Positions 9,417-19,093 of a stretch of DNA of 64,000 nt are shown here, piece by piece. Position 1 is the first letter of the stretch, and each line of letters opens with the position of its first letter. The position numbers were made by a program, and so were the translations under genes. This DNA is from Myxococcota bacterium (GTDB taxonomy: Bacteria > Myxococcota > UBA4151), in NCBI GenBank assembly GCA_036338695.1, contig JAYZBQ010000048.1, forward strand, positions 1-64,000. The letters run 5' to 3'. The notes under the pieces are model-generated. The model had not been told where the DNA came from and did no database searches. It saw nothing but the letters and a program-made list of their open reading frames with translations.

Positions 9417-10460
9417 TCAGCGCTTCCCGAAAAGACGAGCACGCTGCACGGAGCGGCGAACACGCGCGTTGGCGTCGAGCCGCTTGGGGCGGCGCGCATC
9501 GACCCAAAACCAAGGGGAGCGGATCGGGTTCTTCGCCGACTTTTGCAGCTTATGGAGCGCCAAGCTCCCTTGATCATCGACCCTCATCGTCAGGGTGACC
9601 CGGTCGCGCCCGTTGATCCGCACCTGGCAGACCAGCCGACCCGGTCCGATCCGGGTCAGGTGCTTGACGCCGGCGCCGCTGCGCGCTCGGAGCGTCGTCC
9701 AGACGCCGTCATCTTCGAGCACCTCGAACGACTCGCTGACCTTCCCGATCTGTTCTTTGCCGCGCTGGCACTTGGTCGAGACCGTCTCGATCGGAAAGGG
9801 TGGCTTCGCCTTGGCTTGGCGTTTGGGGTTGGCGTGCAGCGCCAGCGCGTCCGAGCGTCGCTTGAGCGTGAGGCGAAACGTCAACCTGCGCCCCTCAAAC
9901 TCGGCCCAGTGCTCGCCCGTTTTGTAGTCCTTGTCGAGGCAGAGCCCAAAGCTGCAAGGGAACACGCTGAAGCGGCCTTTCCGCAGCAAATGCGGCTTAT
10001 TGTCGCGCAGGTGCTCGATGCGAAAACGGTACGTCCCCTTGCGCACCGGCAGCTCACCAGCGCGCTGGTCGACCTTCGCTCGGCAGGTCACGCGCGTGCC
10101 GCTGCGGCGGCTCGCTCGCTGAGGACAGCGGACGGGTTTTCCCAAGGCACGCCCACGAGAATTCATCAGGCGCAAGCGGATCGCATCATCGACGGCAAAC
10201 AGCCCATGCAACGCAAACGCCACGCCGACACGAACCGTGGCGCCGCCGCGGCCGTTGTCGAGCTCAATCGCCAAGCTCGAATCGATCAACTCAGGGCGCT
10301 CGCCCTCTCCGGGCGCCTCGGTCAGGGCGCTCGGGCCCTTCGCTTTCGGCTCGGGTCTCGGGCTCGCCGATCGGCGCTCAATTCGATCGACGGTCTTTGG
10401 GGGTGTCGAACCCATGGACACGCAGCCGACCATGAGCAGCAAGAATCCGGCACGCAGCAT
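9417..10460 (-). CDS. Hypothetical basic lipoprotein
   Basis: Start moved to ATG 10460, which follows a GAGGAG RBS; MLRAGFLLLMVG-C resembles a lipobox. Confidence 0.6.
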   Translation of the reverse strand: MLRAGFLLLMVGCVSMGSTPPKTVDRIERRSASPRPEPKAKGPSALTEAPGEGERPELIDSSLAIELDNGRGGATVRVGVAFALHGLFAVDDAIRLRLMNSRGRALGKPVRCPQRASRRSGTRVTCRAKVDQRAGELPVRKGTYRFRIEHLRDNKPHLLRKGRFSVFPCSFGLCLDKDYKTGEHWAEFEGRRLTFRLTLKRRSDALALHANPKRQAKAKPPFPIETVSTKCQRGKEQIGKVSESFEVLEDDGVWTTLRARSGAGVKHLTRIGPGRLVCQVRINGRDRVTLTMRVDDQGSLALHKLQKSAKNPIRSPWFWVDARRPKRLDANARVRRSVQRARLFGKR

Positions 10461-10516
10461 GGACGCTCTCCTCGGGGAACGCCTCGTGATAAGGGGCGGC
10501 TCCTCCCCTGACAAGG

Positions 10517-11632
10517 TCAGCTTGACGGAGGGGTGATGCGCGGCTTGGTCCATGACCACGCCATCAACGGCTCCTCGAGACCAGGCAGGTGAATTCGGTG
10601 ATGAACCTTCATGCCCCAAGGCGGGTCGGCGAGCAGCTCGTAGCTTTGGTGGTCCATCAACAGATCGACCCCGAGGGCGCGCGTATGCGACTCCAGCCGT
10701 GAGGCGCGATTAACCGCCGCACCGATGACGGTAAACGAGCGCCGACTCGAGCCACCAAGCGTTCCCGCAACGACCTCACCCACGGCGATGCCGACGCTCG
10801 GTCGCAAGCTCGGGAGCCCTCGCTCGGCGAGCTGTGCGTTGATGTGCTCCATGGTCTCGATCATCGACTGCGCACAGTCACAAGCTGCCTGAGAAGGGTT
10901 CTCAAGCCCCTTGAGGACACCGAAGGTTGCCATGACGTTGTCGCCGATAAATTTATCGACCACCCCACCCGCTTCCTCAACGACGATCGCCATCTGCCGA
11001 AGATACACGTTGAGCAGACGCATCACGTAGGCGCCGCCTAAGTGCTCCGTCGCCAAGGTAAACCCACGCAAGTCAAAGAATAAGACGGCGCCCGAGACCG
11101 CCTGCGCCAGCTCCACCGCGCCGGCTGGCTTGTCCAGGTCATGCGCTGTGCGCAGCTTCTCAACAACCGGGCGGCCCACGTAGGCGTTGAGCACCTGCGT
11201 CTGCCACTCGATGAGCGATTGGTCGGGGTCTTCCTGCAGGTGGCCCATGCCCCGCAGCTCCTGGATCGCCTCGTAGGGGAAGACCTCAAGCAACTCGTGC
11301 AGGGCGTCCAAGCCCAGCGGCGCAGGCTCGGACAGCGTCACCTCGGGCTCCACCGCAGGCGGCGGCGTATCCACCGACGGCGCCAGGGTTCGCAGCGCTC
11401 GCCGAACCGGTCTTCCGCCGACCGAGAGCCCGAGGACCATCGCAAACAAAACCGCAAGCACCACGAGCAAGACCAGCACGAGCGGGTCGCTGACGACGCG
11501 AGCGGCTAGGGAAGCCCACAGATCTTGTGCTGTTGAAGCGATAGCTTCCACGGCGGATGCTCCAGACAGTACCTTATGGTTTGCTCGAGATGTTTTGCAT
11601 AGGCTGGACCGTCTTTGGGCTGCAAAAGCCAA
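10517..11632 (-). CDS. Class III adenylate cyclase with N-terminal TM segment (true start probably near 11500)
   Basis: LFFDLRGFT, DKFIGD and FTVIGAAVNRASRLE motifs supply the metal-binding Asps, Lys/Thr adenine specificity and the N/R pair. The tracked N-terminus overlaps queE, so the start is uncertain. Confidence 0.85.
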   Translation of the reverse strand: MAFAAQRRSSLCKTSRANHKVLSGASAVEAIASTAQDLWASLAARVVSDPLVLVLLVVLAVLFAMVLGLSVGGRPVRRALRTLAPSVDTPPPAVEPEVTLSEPAPLGLDALHELLEVFPYEAIQELRGMGHLQEDPDQSLIEWQTQVLNAYVGRPVVEKLRTAHDLDKPAGAVELAQAVSGAVLFFDLRGFTLATEHLGGAYVMRLLNVYLRQMAIVVEEAGGVVDKFIGDNVMATFGVLKGLENPSQAACDCAQSMIETMEHINAQLAERGLPSLRPSVGIAVGEVVAGTLGGSSRRSFTVIGAAVNRASRLESHTRALGVDLLMDHQSYELLADPPWGMKVHHRIHLPGLEEPLMAWSWTKPRITPPSS

Positions 11633-12135
11633 TGCTTGAACTCGAGCTCGAGAAAAGGCTCGGGGCTAAATTCTTGCGGCCAAACCAGCTTGAGCTCATC
11701 GCCCGAGACCTGGACCAGCTCGGCGCCCGCCTTTGGGGAGACGCAGAGCCAATCCACCCCCTTGGGGGCTTGGAGGGTCCCGTTCGTCTCAACCGCCACC
11801 TCGACACCGTGATCATGCGCGCATTCGATCAGCGCCTCGTCGAGCTGCAAGAGCGGCTCTCCTCCGGTGAACACGGCGAAGGGCGCCTGAGCGCAATCCC
11901 CCCAAACGCTCAGGATCTGCTCGACCAGCGCGTCCGCTCGCTCAAAGGTTCCGCCGCCCGGTCCGTCCGTCCCCACAAAATCGGTATCGCAGAAGCGGCA
12001 GATGGCTTGCGCCCGGTGACGCTCGTGCCCGCTCCAGAGATTGCAGCCGGTGAAGCGGACGAACACGGCTCGTCGCCCGCTGTGGACGCCCTCGCCCTGG
12101 AGGGTCAGGAAGACTTCCTTGACGGTGTACGCCAT
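11506..12135 (-). CDS. queE: 7-carboxy-7-deazaguanine synthase (radical SAM, Cx14Cx2C type)
   Basis: Start MAYTVKEVFLTLQGEG; CNLWSGHERHRAQAICRFC, FTGGEP, ETNG and VSPK motifs. Confidence 0.95.
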   Translation of the reverse strand: MAYTVKEVFLTLQGEGVHSGRRAVFVRFTGCNLWSGHERHRAQAICRFCDTDFVGTDGPGGGTFERADALVEQILSVWGDCAQAPFAVFTGGEPLLQLDEALIECAHDHGVEVAVETNGTLQAPKGVDWLCVSPKAGAELVQVSGDELKLVWPQEFSPEPFLELEFKHWLLQPKDGPAYAKHLEQTIRYCLEHPPWKLSLQQHKICGLP

Positions 12136-12145
12136 GTGCTCGCCC

Positions 12146-12841
12146 CTAGCGGTAAGGGATCGGGTCACGCTGACCCAGGGTTTCGAAGGCAGCCAAGCGC
12201 AACACGCAGGCGTCGCATTGACCACATGAGGTGCCGTCTTGGTCGACCTCGTAACACGAACGCGTCAGCCCGTAGTCGACCCCGAGCTTGAGCCCCGCCT
12301 CGATGATCTGCGCCTTGGTCAGCTCAAGCAAGGGCGCATGAACCTGGTACGGAGCCCCCCCGTCCGCTGCGCGCGTCCCTGCGTTTGCGAGACGCTCGAA
12401 GGCGCGGATGAAGTCAGGGCGACAGTCGGGATAACCGCTGTAATCGAGCGCGTTCACCCCGATGAAGAGGTGCCGCACAGACAGGCTCTCTGCGAGCGCC
12501 AAACCGAGACTCAAAAAGACGGTGTTACGGGCGGGCACATAGGTCGACGGGATCCCCTCACCGATGGCGGCGAGGTCTCGATCCTTGGGGACCTCAATCG
12601 CATCGTCCGTCAGCGCCGACTGACCGAACTGTCCAAGGTCGACCTTGAAGACGGTGTGCGAGCGCAGCCGATACTGCGCAGCGAGGTCGCGCGCACGCTC
12701 AAGCTCAACACGTTGCTTCTGACCGTAGTCGAAGCTCAAGGCATGCAAGGTCCACCCATCGGCCTGCGCCATCGCCGCCACGGTGGCGGAGTCGAGTCCA
12801 CCGCTGAGCAACAAGACGCCCTGCTTCTCGTTAGTCGACAT
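12146..12841 (-). CDS. queC: 7-cyano-7-deazaguanine synthase
   Basis: SGGLDS, YVPARN, SGYPDCR and SCY...CGQCDAC motifs. Confidence 0.96.
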   Translation of the reverse strand: MSTNEKQGVLLLSGGLDSATVAAMAQADGWTLHALSFDYGQKQRVELERARDLAAQYRLRSHTVFKVDLGQFGQSALTDDAIEVPKDRDLAAIGEGIPSTYVPARNTVFLSLGLALAESLSVRHLFIGVNALDYSGYPDCRPDFIRAFERLANAGTRAADGGAPYQVHAPLLELTKAQIIEAGLKLGVDYGLTRSCYEVDQDGTSCGQCDACVLRLAAFETLGQRDPIPYR

Positions 12842-13781
12842 GGCTCTTTCGCACCTTAATCCGCGGTCGGTTGGTCCGCCCGGTGACCGAGACGCCGAGC
12901 CACCCAGCCTTAGAGAAGCTGCGCTTGATGCTCCTCGGCAGCAGAGGCGACTTCGGGTCCAGCGCCGTCAACAGGTTCTTGCCCTCCTGCGTCGACTTAA
13001 GCTTCTCCGTGGGGCGTAGATCGAAGGCAAGGTCCATACGCCCTGATGAGCGCCGCCCAACAAAGGAGAGGGTCCCCTCGCCGGCGAGCTCGACGTCGCC
13101 ACCGGTGACCTTGAACTTCTTGAGGTCAAACTCGCCTTTGTTGATCTCGAGATCGAGCGGCAGGTCACCGACCGACGCAGGCGGCAGCGTCAGCGCCGAG
13201 CCAAAGCCAGGAATCGGGACCTCTCCAGGCCCAACGCCAGCGCTCAGGATCTTCATACCAACCTCGCCGCTTAGCCCCCGCATCCCAGCCGGCTTCTCAG
13301 CGAACTTCAGGGTCGCCGCACCCTCTGCACGACCGCTCAAGCCCACCTTCACAATTTTCTGCAGCGGCATCACGTCACCGAGCTCGAGCCCCTCAACATT
13401 GAGCTCAAGCTGGCGAGCGGCATACGCTCCGGTGACCGAGCCCTTGTAGGCGTCGACCGCAAACCGAAGGCTTGGGTTTTTGGGATCAAAGCTCAACCCC
13501 TTCAAGCCGACCCAGACCCGCTTAAAGCGCCAAGGCAGGTTCGGGTCTCCCTTGCTGGTGACCAGCTCAACCCCTTCCAGCGCCACGCCCAGACCGGACA
13601 ACGACGCGCCGCTCGCCTCAAAGCTTTTGAGCACACCCGCTTGATGAACAGCCGCTTCTACCTCCGCCACCAAGGCGTCAGACGGATAAGTCCACACCAG
13701 CGACAGCACGAAGACCAGAGACGTCCACCAGCCGTAGACGCTCCATCGAACCCATCGCCGCTCCCAGAACTGACGCATCAA
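12831..13781 (-). CDS. gspN: Type II secretion protein N (deltaproteobacterial type)
   Basis: Last gene of the gsp run; N-terminal TM then a beta-rich periplasmic region. Largely a positional call. Confidence 0.7.
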   Translation of the reverse strand: MMRQFWERRWVRWSVYGWWTSLVFVLSLVWTYPSDALVAEVEAAVHQAGVLKSFEASGASLSGLGVALEGVELVTSKGDPNLPWRFKRVWVGLKGLSFDPKNPSLRFAVDAYKGSVTGAYAARQLELNVEGLELGDVMPLQKIVKVGLSGRAEGAATLKFAEKPAGMRGLSGEVGMKILSAGVGPGEVPIPGFGSALTLPPASVGDLPLDLEINKGEFDLKKFKVTGGDVELAGEGTLSFVGRRSSGRMDLAFDLRPTEKLKSTQEGKNLLTALDPKSPLLPRSIKRSFSKAGWLGVSVTGRTNRPRIKVRKSHVD

Positions 13782-14323
13782 CCGTTCCTCCGCCAGGTGG
13801 ACATCACAAAGATCGCCTTGACCTTCTCACGGTCATCAAACTGCGTCTTCAAGCTGATCTCTCGCACCCGGATCAGGTCGCCGGAGCGTTTATCCAGCAG
13901 CTTGCTCATCAGCTCGGTGAAGCGGTCCATCGTGATCGCCTTGATGGTGATCCGTAACCGCTCCTCGCGTAGGTCATCACTCTTTGCCGGCGCCGGGCTC
14001 TGATTCTTCATGTCGTGGATTTCAATATCGAGGCTGCTCGCAGCCGCCTCAATATCGCTCTCGAGCTGCACCCTGCTGCTGCGGATCCGGCGCGCCAGCG
14101 CCTCTTTTTGCGCCTTCGCTGTCGCAAAATCCTGCGCCAGCGTTAGCACCTCAGCGTACTGCCCTTGCGCCTGTTTCGCCGCGCGCTCAGCGCCTCGACT
14201 CATCGAGCGCATACTCATCCCACCAAAGACGAGGACCATCACTGAGGTGAACGCTGCGAGGATCCCCAGTGCGCGCCGATCGCTCGGTGACAGATTCGAA
14301 AAAGCGTCTACGAGTGCTTTCAT
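13778..14323 (-). CDS. gspM: Type II secretion protein M
   Basis: LSPSDRR, then TM helix, coiled coil and small C-terminal domain; follows gspL. Confidence 0.75.
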   Translation of the reverse strand: MKALVDAFSNLSPSDRRALGILAAFTSVMVLVFGGMSMRSMSRGAERAAKQAQGQYAEVLTLAQDFATAKAQKEALARRIRSSRVQLESDIEAAASSLDIEIHDMKNQSPAPAKSDDLREERLRITIKAITMDRFTELMSKLLDKRSGDLIRVREISLKTQFDDREKVKAIFVMSTWRRNG

Positions 14324-16374
14324 CAGTCGGTCTCCGTCTCGGGGTCTTGGTCGGTAGGCGGCGGATCCACCAGGGCGTCCTCCGGCAGCTTCATGACGCT
14401 ACCGACGCCGTTCGGGAGCTTGAGCGAGCCCGCTGGGAACGGCTTGATGTTCGGGTAAGGGTCCGGGATGGCCGAGGGGACAGCGACGCCGGTTGCGGGA
14501 TCGACGATCGGCTCATCGTAGCCTCCCGAGGCCGCGCTCGACTCGGTCGCGTCCTCGTCGCTCGAGTCCTCGTCGCTCGAGTCCTCCGACTCGGCGTCTT
14601 CACCGGGTCCTTCGACGACCTTCGCCTCATCACCGGCGGCGCGCAGCCGCTCTTGTTGACGCTTTTGAGCGGCTGTCTGCCCAACAGACGGCGGCGCAAA
14701 GGACTTCGCTTTGCTCGCCCCACCGAACCCTGACTTTGCCCCGCTCGACCCGCTGCTACCGACCGCCGAATTGGCGCCAGCGCTCGAGCTCGGCGGCGCC
14801 TGCGAACCAGACGAACCGGTCGTCGCCGAGGGGCTCGTCGAAGCCCCCGAGGCAGCCGGCAAGCCAGCCGCCTGCGGCTCAACCGAGCAGTCGATCTTGC
14901 CGGTCAGCGAGAACAGGACACGGTCCCCCTTCTTGACCGTTTTGTCCGAGCGCAAGCCGACGATGCAACGGACCGTGGCGAGCGCGTCGACGAGCTGGCG
15001 CGCCTGCTGAAAACCCGTGGTGGTACCGGCAAGGCGGAGCGAGCGACCGTCGATCCGCACGTCGTCGAGCTTGACCTCAAGATCGGCCGGGACCGCCTGC
15101 GAGATCCGCGAGAACAGATCGATCGCGTCAAAGCGCGGGATATCCCCTGCTCCGGTGCCGGCGATCGTCTCTCGCATCGCCGCAAGGCATTGCATGGCGT
15201 TGCCCGACTTAATCCCTGCGATCTCGACGCAGGCTTGCTGCCGAGCGGTCTCAAAGCGCGCCGCCCGAGCGTCGCGAGCCGAGACCCCAGCGAAGAACTG
15301 CATGAACATAAGCACGAGCACAGCGGCGGCCCAACCGGCCACCGGCCGAAAACCTTGCAGCACCTTCATGACGTCGGTCGTGTGCGCCAGATCGCCCGCT
15401 CGAAGGTTCACGGGCTTGAAGCCGCCGCCTTTGAACACGTTGCGCAGATGACCCACCTCCGCGGCCAGCGCGCAGGCCTGACCGGCGTCCGGCGCCAACG
15501 AGTCGATCTGCTCGATGCGAAAGACGCGCAGCCCGCTGCGCGCTTCGAGCGCTTCGACCAACCCCGCAAGGCACGCTGCGCCGCCGCAGAGATGAATGGT
15601 CGCATCTCGCCAACCAGCGTGCCTCAACCCGCCGCGCACGGCGCGCTGAACATGCTCGGCGAAGGCACCGACCGCCGGCGCCAACGCCTCGCGCCCCTCA
15701 GCGGTTTCACCCTCAACCAACTTGGCGTGCTCCGCCTCCTGATCATCGAGAAAATGGCTCTGTCGAAGCGAGGCGGTCACGAGGTCACCCCCACCCGGAA
15801 GCGCAGCCATCGCGTGGAGCGCGCCGTCTTCGATGGCGACGACGTCGACCCGCTCTCGGCCCAGGTCGAGGATTAAGTGTCGACCGCTGCCGACCAGGTC
15901 GACCGGGACGGCGCCGAAGACGCTCGGCACCACCGAGACGGTCTCGACCCGGCGCTCTTGAAAACACGTCAGTAAGGGCTCAAGGACGTCACGCCGGGTG
16001 ACGAAAGCGAAGATATCCGTCCCCTCTTCCGCCTTGCGAAGCAGCGGCGAGACGACCACCTCTTCGCTGCGAAAAGGCAGGGCATTCTCAAGCTCGAATT
16101 CGAGGGTCATGCGCACCTTACGCTGATCCTTGAGCGGGCTGTGCATACGGTGAAAGGCGACCAAATCGCCGCTGAGCGCAAGCTGCCAACGCCCAGGCGC
16201 TAGGTCGCCGTCGTCGACCAGTCGATCCACGACCTCCGGCAAGCTCTCAAACCCGTGCTCGAGGGGCTCCTCGCGCCGCATCAGGCGCGGCGCGTCACGC
16301 CGCTCACCCGCCTCGGCGGTCAGGACACGGATCCTCTTTGTGCTCAAATCAATCAGGCCATTGTAGGCAGCCAT
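14323..16374 (-). CDS. gspL: Type II secretion protein L (PilM/actin-like cytoplasmic domain, TM, periplasmic domain, long low-complexity tail)
   Basis: LEFELENALPF, LILDLG, IHLCGGA and VNLRAG motifs followed by a TM; lies between gspK and gspM. Confidence 0.8.
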   Translation of the reverse strand: MAAYNGLIDLSTKRIRVLTAEAGERRDAPRLMRREEPLEHGFESLPEVVDRLVDDGDLAPGRWQLALSGDLVAFHRMHSPLKDQRKVRMTLEFELENALPFRSEEVVVSPLLRKAEEGTDIFAFVTRRDVLEPLLTCFQERRVETVSVVPSVFGAVPVDLVGSGRHLILDLGRERVDVVAIEDGALHAMAALPGGGDLVTASLRQSHFLDDQEAEHAKLVEGETAEGREALAPAVGAFAEHVQRAVRGGLRHAGWRDATIHLCGGAACLAGLVEALEARSGLRVFRIEQIDSLAPDAGQACALAAEVGHLRNVFKGGGFKPVNLRAGDLAHTTDVMKVLQGFRPVAGWAAAVLVLMFMQFFAGVSARDARAARFETARQQACVEIAGIKSGNAMQCLAAMRETIAGTGAGDIPRFDAIDLFSRISQAVPADLEVKLDDVRIDGRSLRLAGTTTGFQQARQLVDALATVRCIVGLRSDKTVKKGDRVLFSLTGKIDCSVEPQAAGLPAASGASTSPSATTGSSGSQAPPSSSAGANSAVGSSGSSGAKSGFGGASKAKSFAPPSVGQTAAQKRQQERLRAAGDEAKVVEGPGEDAESEDSSDEDSSDEDATESSAASGGYDEPIVDPATGVAVPSAIPDPYPNIKPFPAGSLKLPNGVGSVMKLPEDALVDPPPTDQDPETETD

Positions 16375-16376
16375 GA

Positions 16377-17801
16377 TTACTCCTCTCGCCAGTAGTAGCG
16401 CTCTTCTTGTGCGTCCGTCGGCGCGTGGCGAATGACCATCGTGAGCGTGCGTCGGGCGTCTCCGACTTGCGCCTGGCTGGTCAGTTTAAAATAGCGCGAG
16501 GTGGACGTCACTGCGTTCTCGCACTTGTTCTTATCAAATGAGATGCCCTCCGCCTCGGCGAGCTGGGCGATCGCCTCGACGAAAAACTTCGGGAAGGGGT
16601 TAACCGGCGGGTTCGGCTCAAGCGGACACAGCACATCGACTTGCATCTCCTCGGGCAAGAGGCCGACTAACACGCAATTGTTGATCGCCTGATACCAAAG
16701 CCCCACGCGCTGCCAGATGGCGACCAGCTGGTCTGCGGTTAAGCAGACCGAGAGGCCGGCGAGGAACTGTGCGGGCGCATTCATTGCGGTCATCTCGCCC
16801 TCTTGATCCGGTAACTGCAGCCCCAGCAACCCAGCGAGCATCGACTCGATGTTCACCTTATCTTCGGTGTAGATCGAGAGGTGATCGGCGAAGGCGCGGT
16901 AGGCCTCATCTGAGAAGCCCTTCACCAGGCGCAGCTCAGCGATGGAGTCGAACACGGCGTTACGCGATCGGTACGGCGCCTCGTCGCTGTCGTAGCGAGC
17001 GTCCTCCGGCGAGGTGCTGGTCACCCGGCGGCCGGTGAGCAGGTCAATCTCGGACATGGTGTTGTCAGGATCCATCCAGTCGAGCACCGACGAGAGCAGC
17101 TCCTGGCGATCCGCCTCCTCGCCGCGACTGTTCACGCCGCTAAAGAGCGCATCGAATCGCGGCGGCGCAATGAGCGCAGCGAAACGCATCATCGCGGCTC
17201 GGTTCTGCGCTGGGCTCCCCTTCCAAAGACTCTTGAGCGGGATCTTTCGGTCCTCATCATCAATCGCGACGGTGAACGTCCCTGGCATGTCGCCAAACAA
17301 GACCCCTGAGCCCTCATCGACGTCGCCGAGCTGTGCCGACGGGTCTGCGCTCTCAACCCCCATCACCAGAGGCGGTGACGGGACCCCTAACATGGCGCCA
17401 AACGAGCCATCAGCGACGCCCTGAAACAGCTCCGACGTGATCGGGATCATCTTCCAAAATGGCGTCGGGGGCAGGTTGAGCATTTGCTGTAAAATGCGGA
17501 GCTCATCCTCACAGGTGGCCGGCGAAGACCCACCACCCGACTTCGTCGTACCTGCGGCTAAGTTTTGGGCGGCGGCGAGGCCGCTGCTGACAGGGCAGGG
17601 CGACTGCTTCATGAAGGCGATCATGAGCCGCGACAGCTCCATCCCCGAGCGCGCCAGGAAGTAGGCGCGCACCGAATCACGCGCGTTGGCGGCGATCCGG
17701 CTGCGCACCTGGCTGTCGTGGACAAATTCCATCACGACGGTGGTCATCACCGCCACGGTGGCGAGGACAATCAGCAGAGCTACTCCACGTCGCCGTCGCA
17801 T
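16377..17801 (-). CDS. gspK: Type II secretion minor pseudopilin K
   Basis: RRRG|VALLIVL cleavage site lacking Glu5; AYFLARSG, DWMD and SIAELRLVKG motifs. Confidence 0.88.
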   Translation of the reverse strand: MRRRRGVALLIVLATVAVMTTVVMEFVHDSQVRSRIAANARDSVRAYFLARSGMELSRLMIAFMKQSPCPVSSGLAAAQNLAAGTTKSGGGSSPATCEDELRILQQMLNLPPTPFWKMIPITSELFQGVADGSFGAMLGVPSPPLVMGVESADPSAQLGDVDEGSGVLFGDMPGTFTVAIDDEDRKIPLKSLWKGSPAQNRAAMMRFAALIAPPRFDALFSGVNSRGEEADRQELLSSVLDWMDPDNTMSEIDLLTGRRVTSTSPEDARYDSDEAPYRSRNAVFDSIAELRLVKGFSDEAYRAFADHLSIYTEDKVNIESMLAGLLGLQLPDQEGEMTAMNAPAQFLAGLSVCLTADQLVAIWQRVGLWYQAINNCVLVGLLPEEMQVDVLCPLEPNPPVNPFPKFFVEAIAQLAEAEGISFDKNKCENAVTSTSRYFKLTSQAQVGDARRTLTMVIRHAPTDAQEERYYWREE

Positions 17802-17810
17802 CAGCCCACC

Positions 17811-18500
17811 CTAGAAGTTCAGCGCCTTGTGCAGGCGTATTTTCGTCGAGGTGCGAAACAGCTTCGGCTCGTCGTCGGGCATCAGCAAGGTCAGGTCGAT
17901 GCGCACGCGATCAGGGAGCCGCTTGCGGACCTCCTCGACGCCTAAGCCAAAATCCTTGGACTCGCGCGCCGCATCGGTCGTTTTCCAATCCTCTGACCAG
18001 TCATCTTCACGCTGAGCGTGGTAGCTCAAGCGCAGCCGGTCGACGCCGCAGATCACCACGCGATCGCGCCCCTTGCTGTCGTCCTCTGCGTCCTCGAGCA
18101 GGCGTGGTGCCGACCAGCGAATCAGGCATTTTCCGTTCGTCTCGATACCCGCCGGGTCCGCATCCAATCGGTAGGCGATGGTCTCTTGGTCGCCTTGACG
18201 GGCGCCTGCGCGCAGCACGGTGTTCGAGAACGCCGTAAAGCGGATCTCGTCGTCCTCGCCCATGAACAAGGTCTCAAATCGCGGCTCGCCTTGTTCGACG
18301 TGGTTGGACACAAACGCCGAGCTGAGCTCACGCGTCATGCGATCCAGCGCAACGTAAGCCTGCCGGTAACGCTCCGAGTACTCGGCTACCTCTTCTTTGA
18401 GCTGAAAGGAGCGATCGACCGCCCCGTAGATCGAGACCCCGATCAAGCCGACCACCGCGGTGGCGATGATGACCTCAAGAAGCGTGAACCCGCGCCTCAT
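17811..18500 (-). CDS. gspJ: Type II secretion minor pseudopilin J
   Basis: G|FTLLE prepilin motif; C-terminal LPDRVRIDL; gene order. Confidence 0.85.
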   Translation of the reverse strand: MRRGFTLLEVIIATAVVGLIGVSIYGAVDRSFQLKEEVAEYSERYRQAYVALDRMTRELSSAFVSNHVEQGEPRFETLFMGEDDEIRFTAFSNTVLRAGARQGDQETIAYRLDADPAGIETNGKCLIRWSAPRLLEDAEDDSKGRDRVVICGVDRLRLSYHAQREDDWSEDWKTTDAARESKDFGLGVEEVRKRLPDRVRIDLTLLMPDDEPKLFRTSTKIRLHKALNF

Positions 18501-19093
18501 TTTGAAGCCCCTTTCCCCGACGAACCGTTCGCTGAGCTCGCCTTGTTCTTCTGCAACAACGAGGTCCCACCCGGTCCCGGGCTCGGGACAGGGCTCGCGG
18601 GCGCTGCGCCCATGCCGGTGAGCTGGACGATGTGCGTGACCACGTCGAAGGACTCTTCGTACTCGCCGTCTCTCCAGGACACGACCACGCGCAGCTCGCG
18701 CACTTGGTCAGCCAGGCGCCTACCGATCATCGAGAACGCAGGCGCAAAGGCGCCAGCCAGCGGCGACGCCTCCCCGTCAACGGCCGGCGCTGCGATGTCC
18801 TCGAAGGCCTCTGCCTTGACGCGCCGGATCTCTGCGCGCCACTTAAACTCGGGCGCCTCGGCGTCGTCGAAGTCGCCCTCCATGGTCATATCGGCGACCG
18901 AGAACCCGTCTTTTTTGAGCTTCCACTCGACCTCGAGGACTTTGTCGCGTGCAAGCAAGGCGGCTCGCTGCAGGTCACGTGCGTAGCGCACTGAGCGCAC
19001 CGCGCTGGCTTGCACGCCGTAAATCGCCGTAAACAAACCCGCTAAGATCCCGATGGCAACGAGCGCCTCAAGGAGCGTAAACCCGCGCATCAT
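18497..19093 (-). CDS. gspI: Type II secretion minor pseudopilin I
   Basis: G|FTLLE prepilin motif; gene order. Confidence 0.8.
   Translation of the reverse strand: MMRGFTLLEALVAIGILAGLFTAIYGVQASAVRSVRYARDLQRAALLARDKVLEVEWKLKKDGFSVADMTMEGDFDDAEAPEFKWRAEIRRVKAEAFEDIAAPAVDGEASPLAGAFAPAFSMIGRRLADQVRELRVVVSWRDGEYEESFDVVTHIVQLTGMGAAPASPVPSPGPGGTSLLQKNKASSANGSSGKGASK

Noticed and set aside
11506..12841. queC/queE as a 7-deazaguanine DNA-modification (dpd) or QueC-based defence locus
   Set aside because: No dpdA/tgt-like, CBASS or qat neighbours; both proteins look like canonical queuosine-pathway enzymes.
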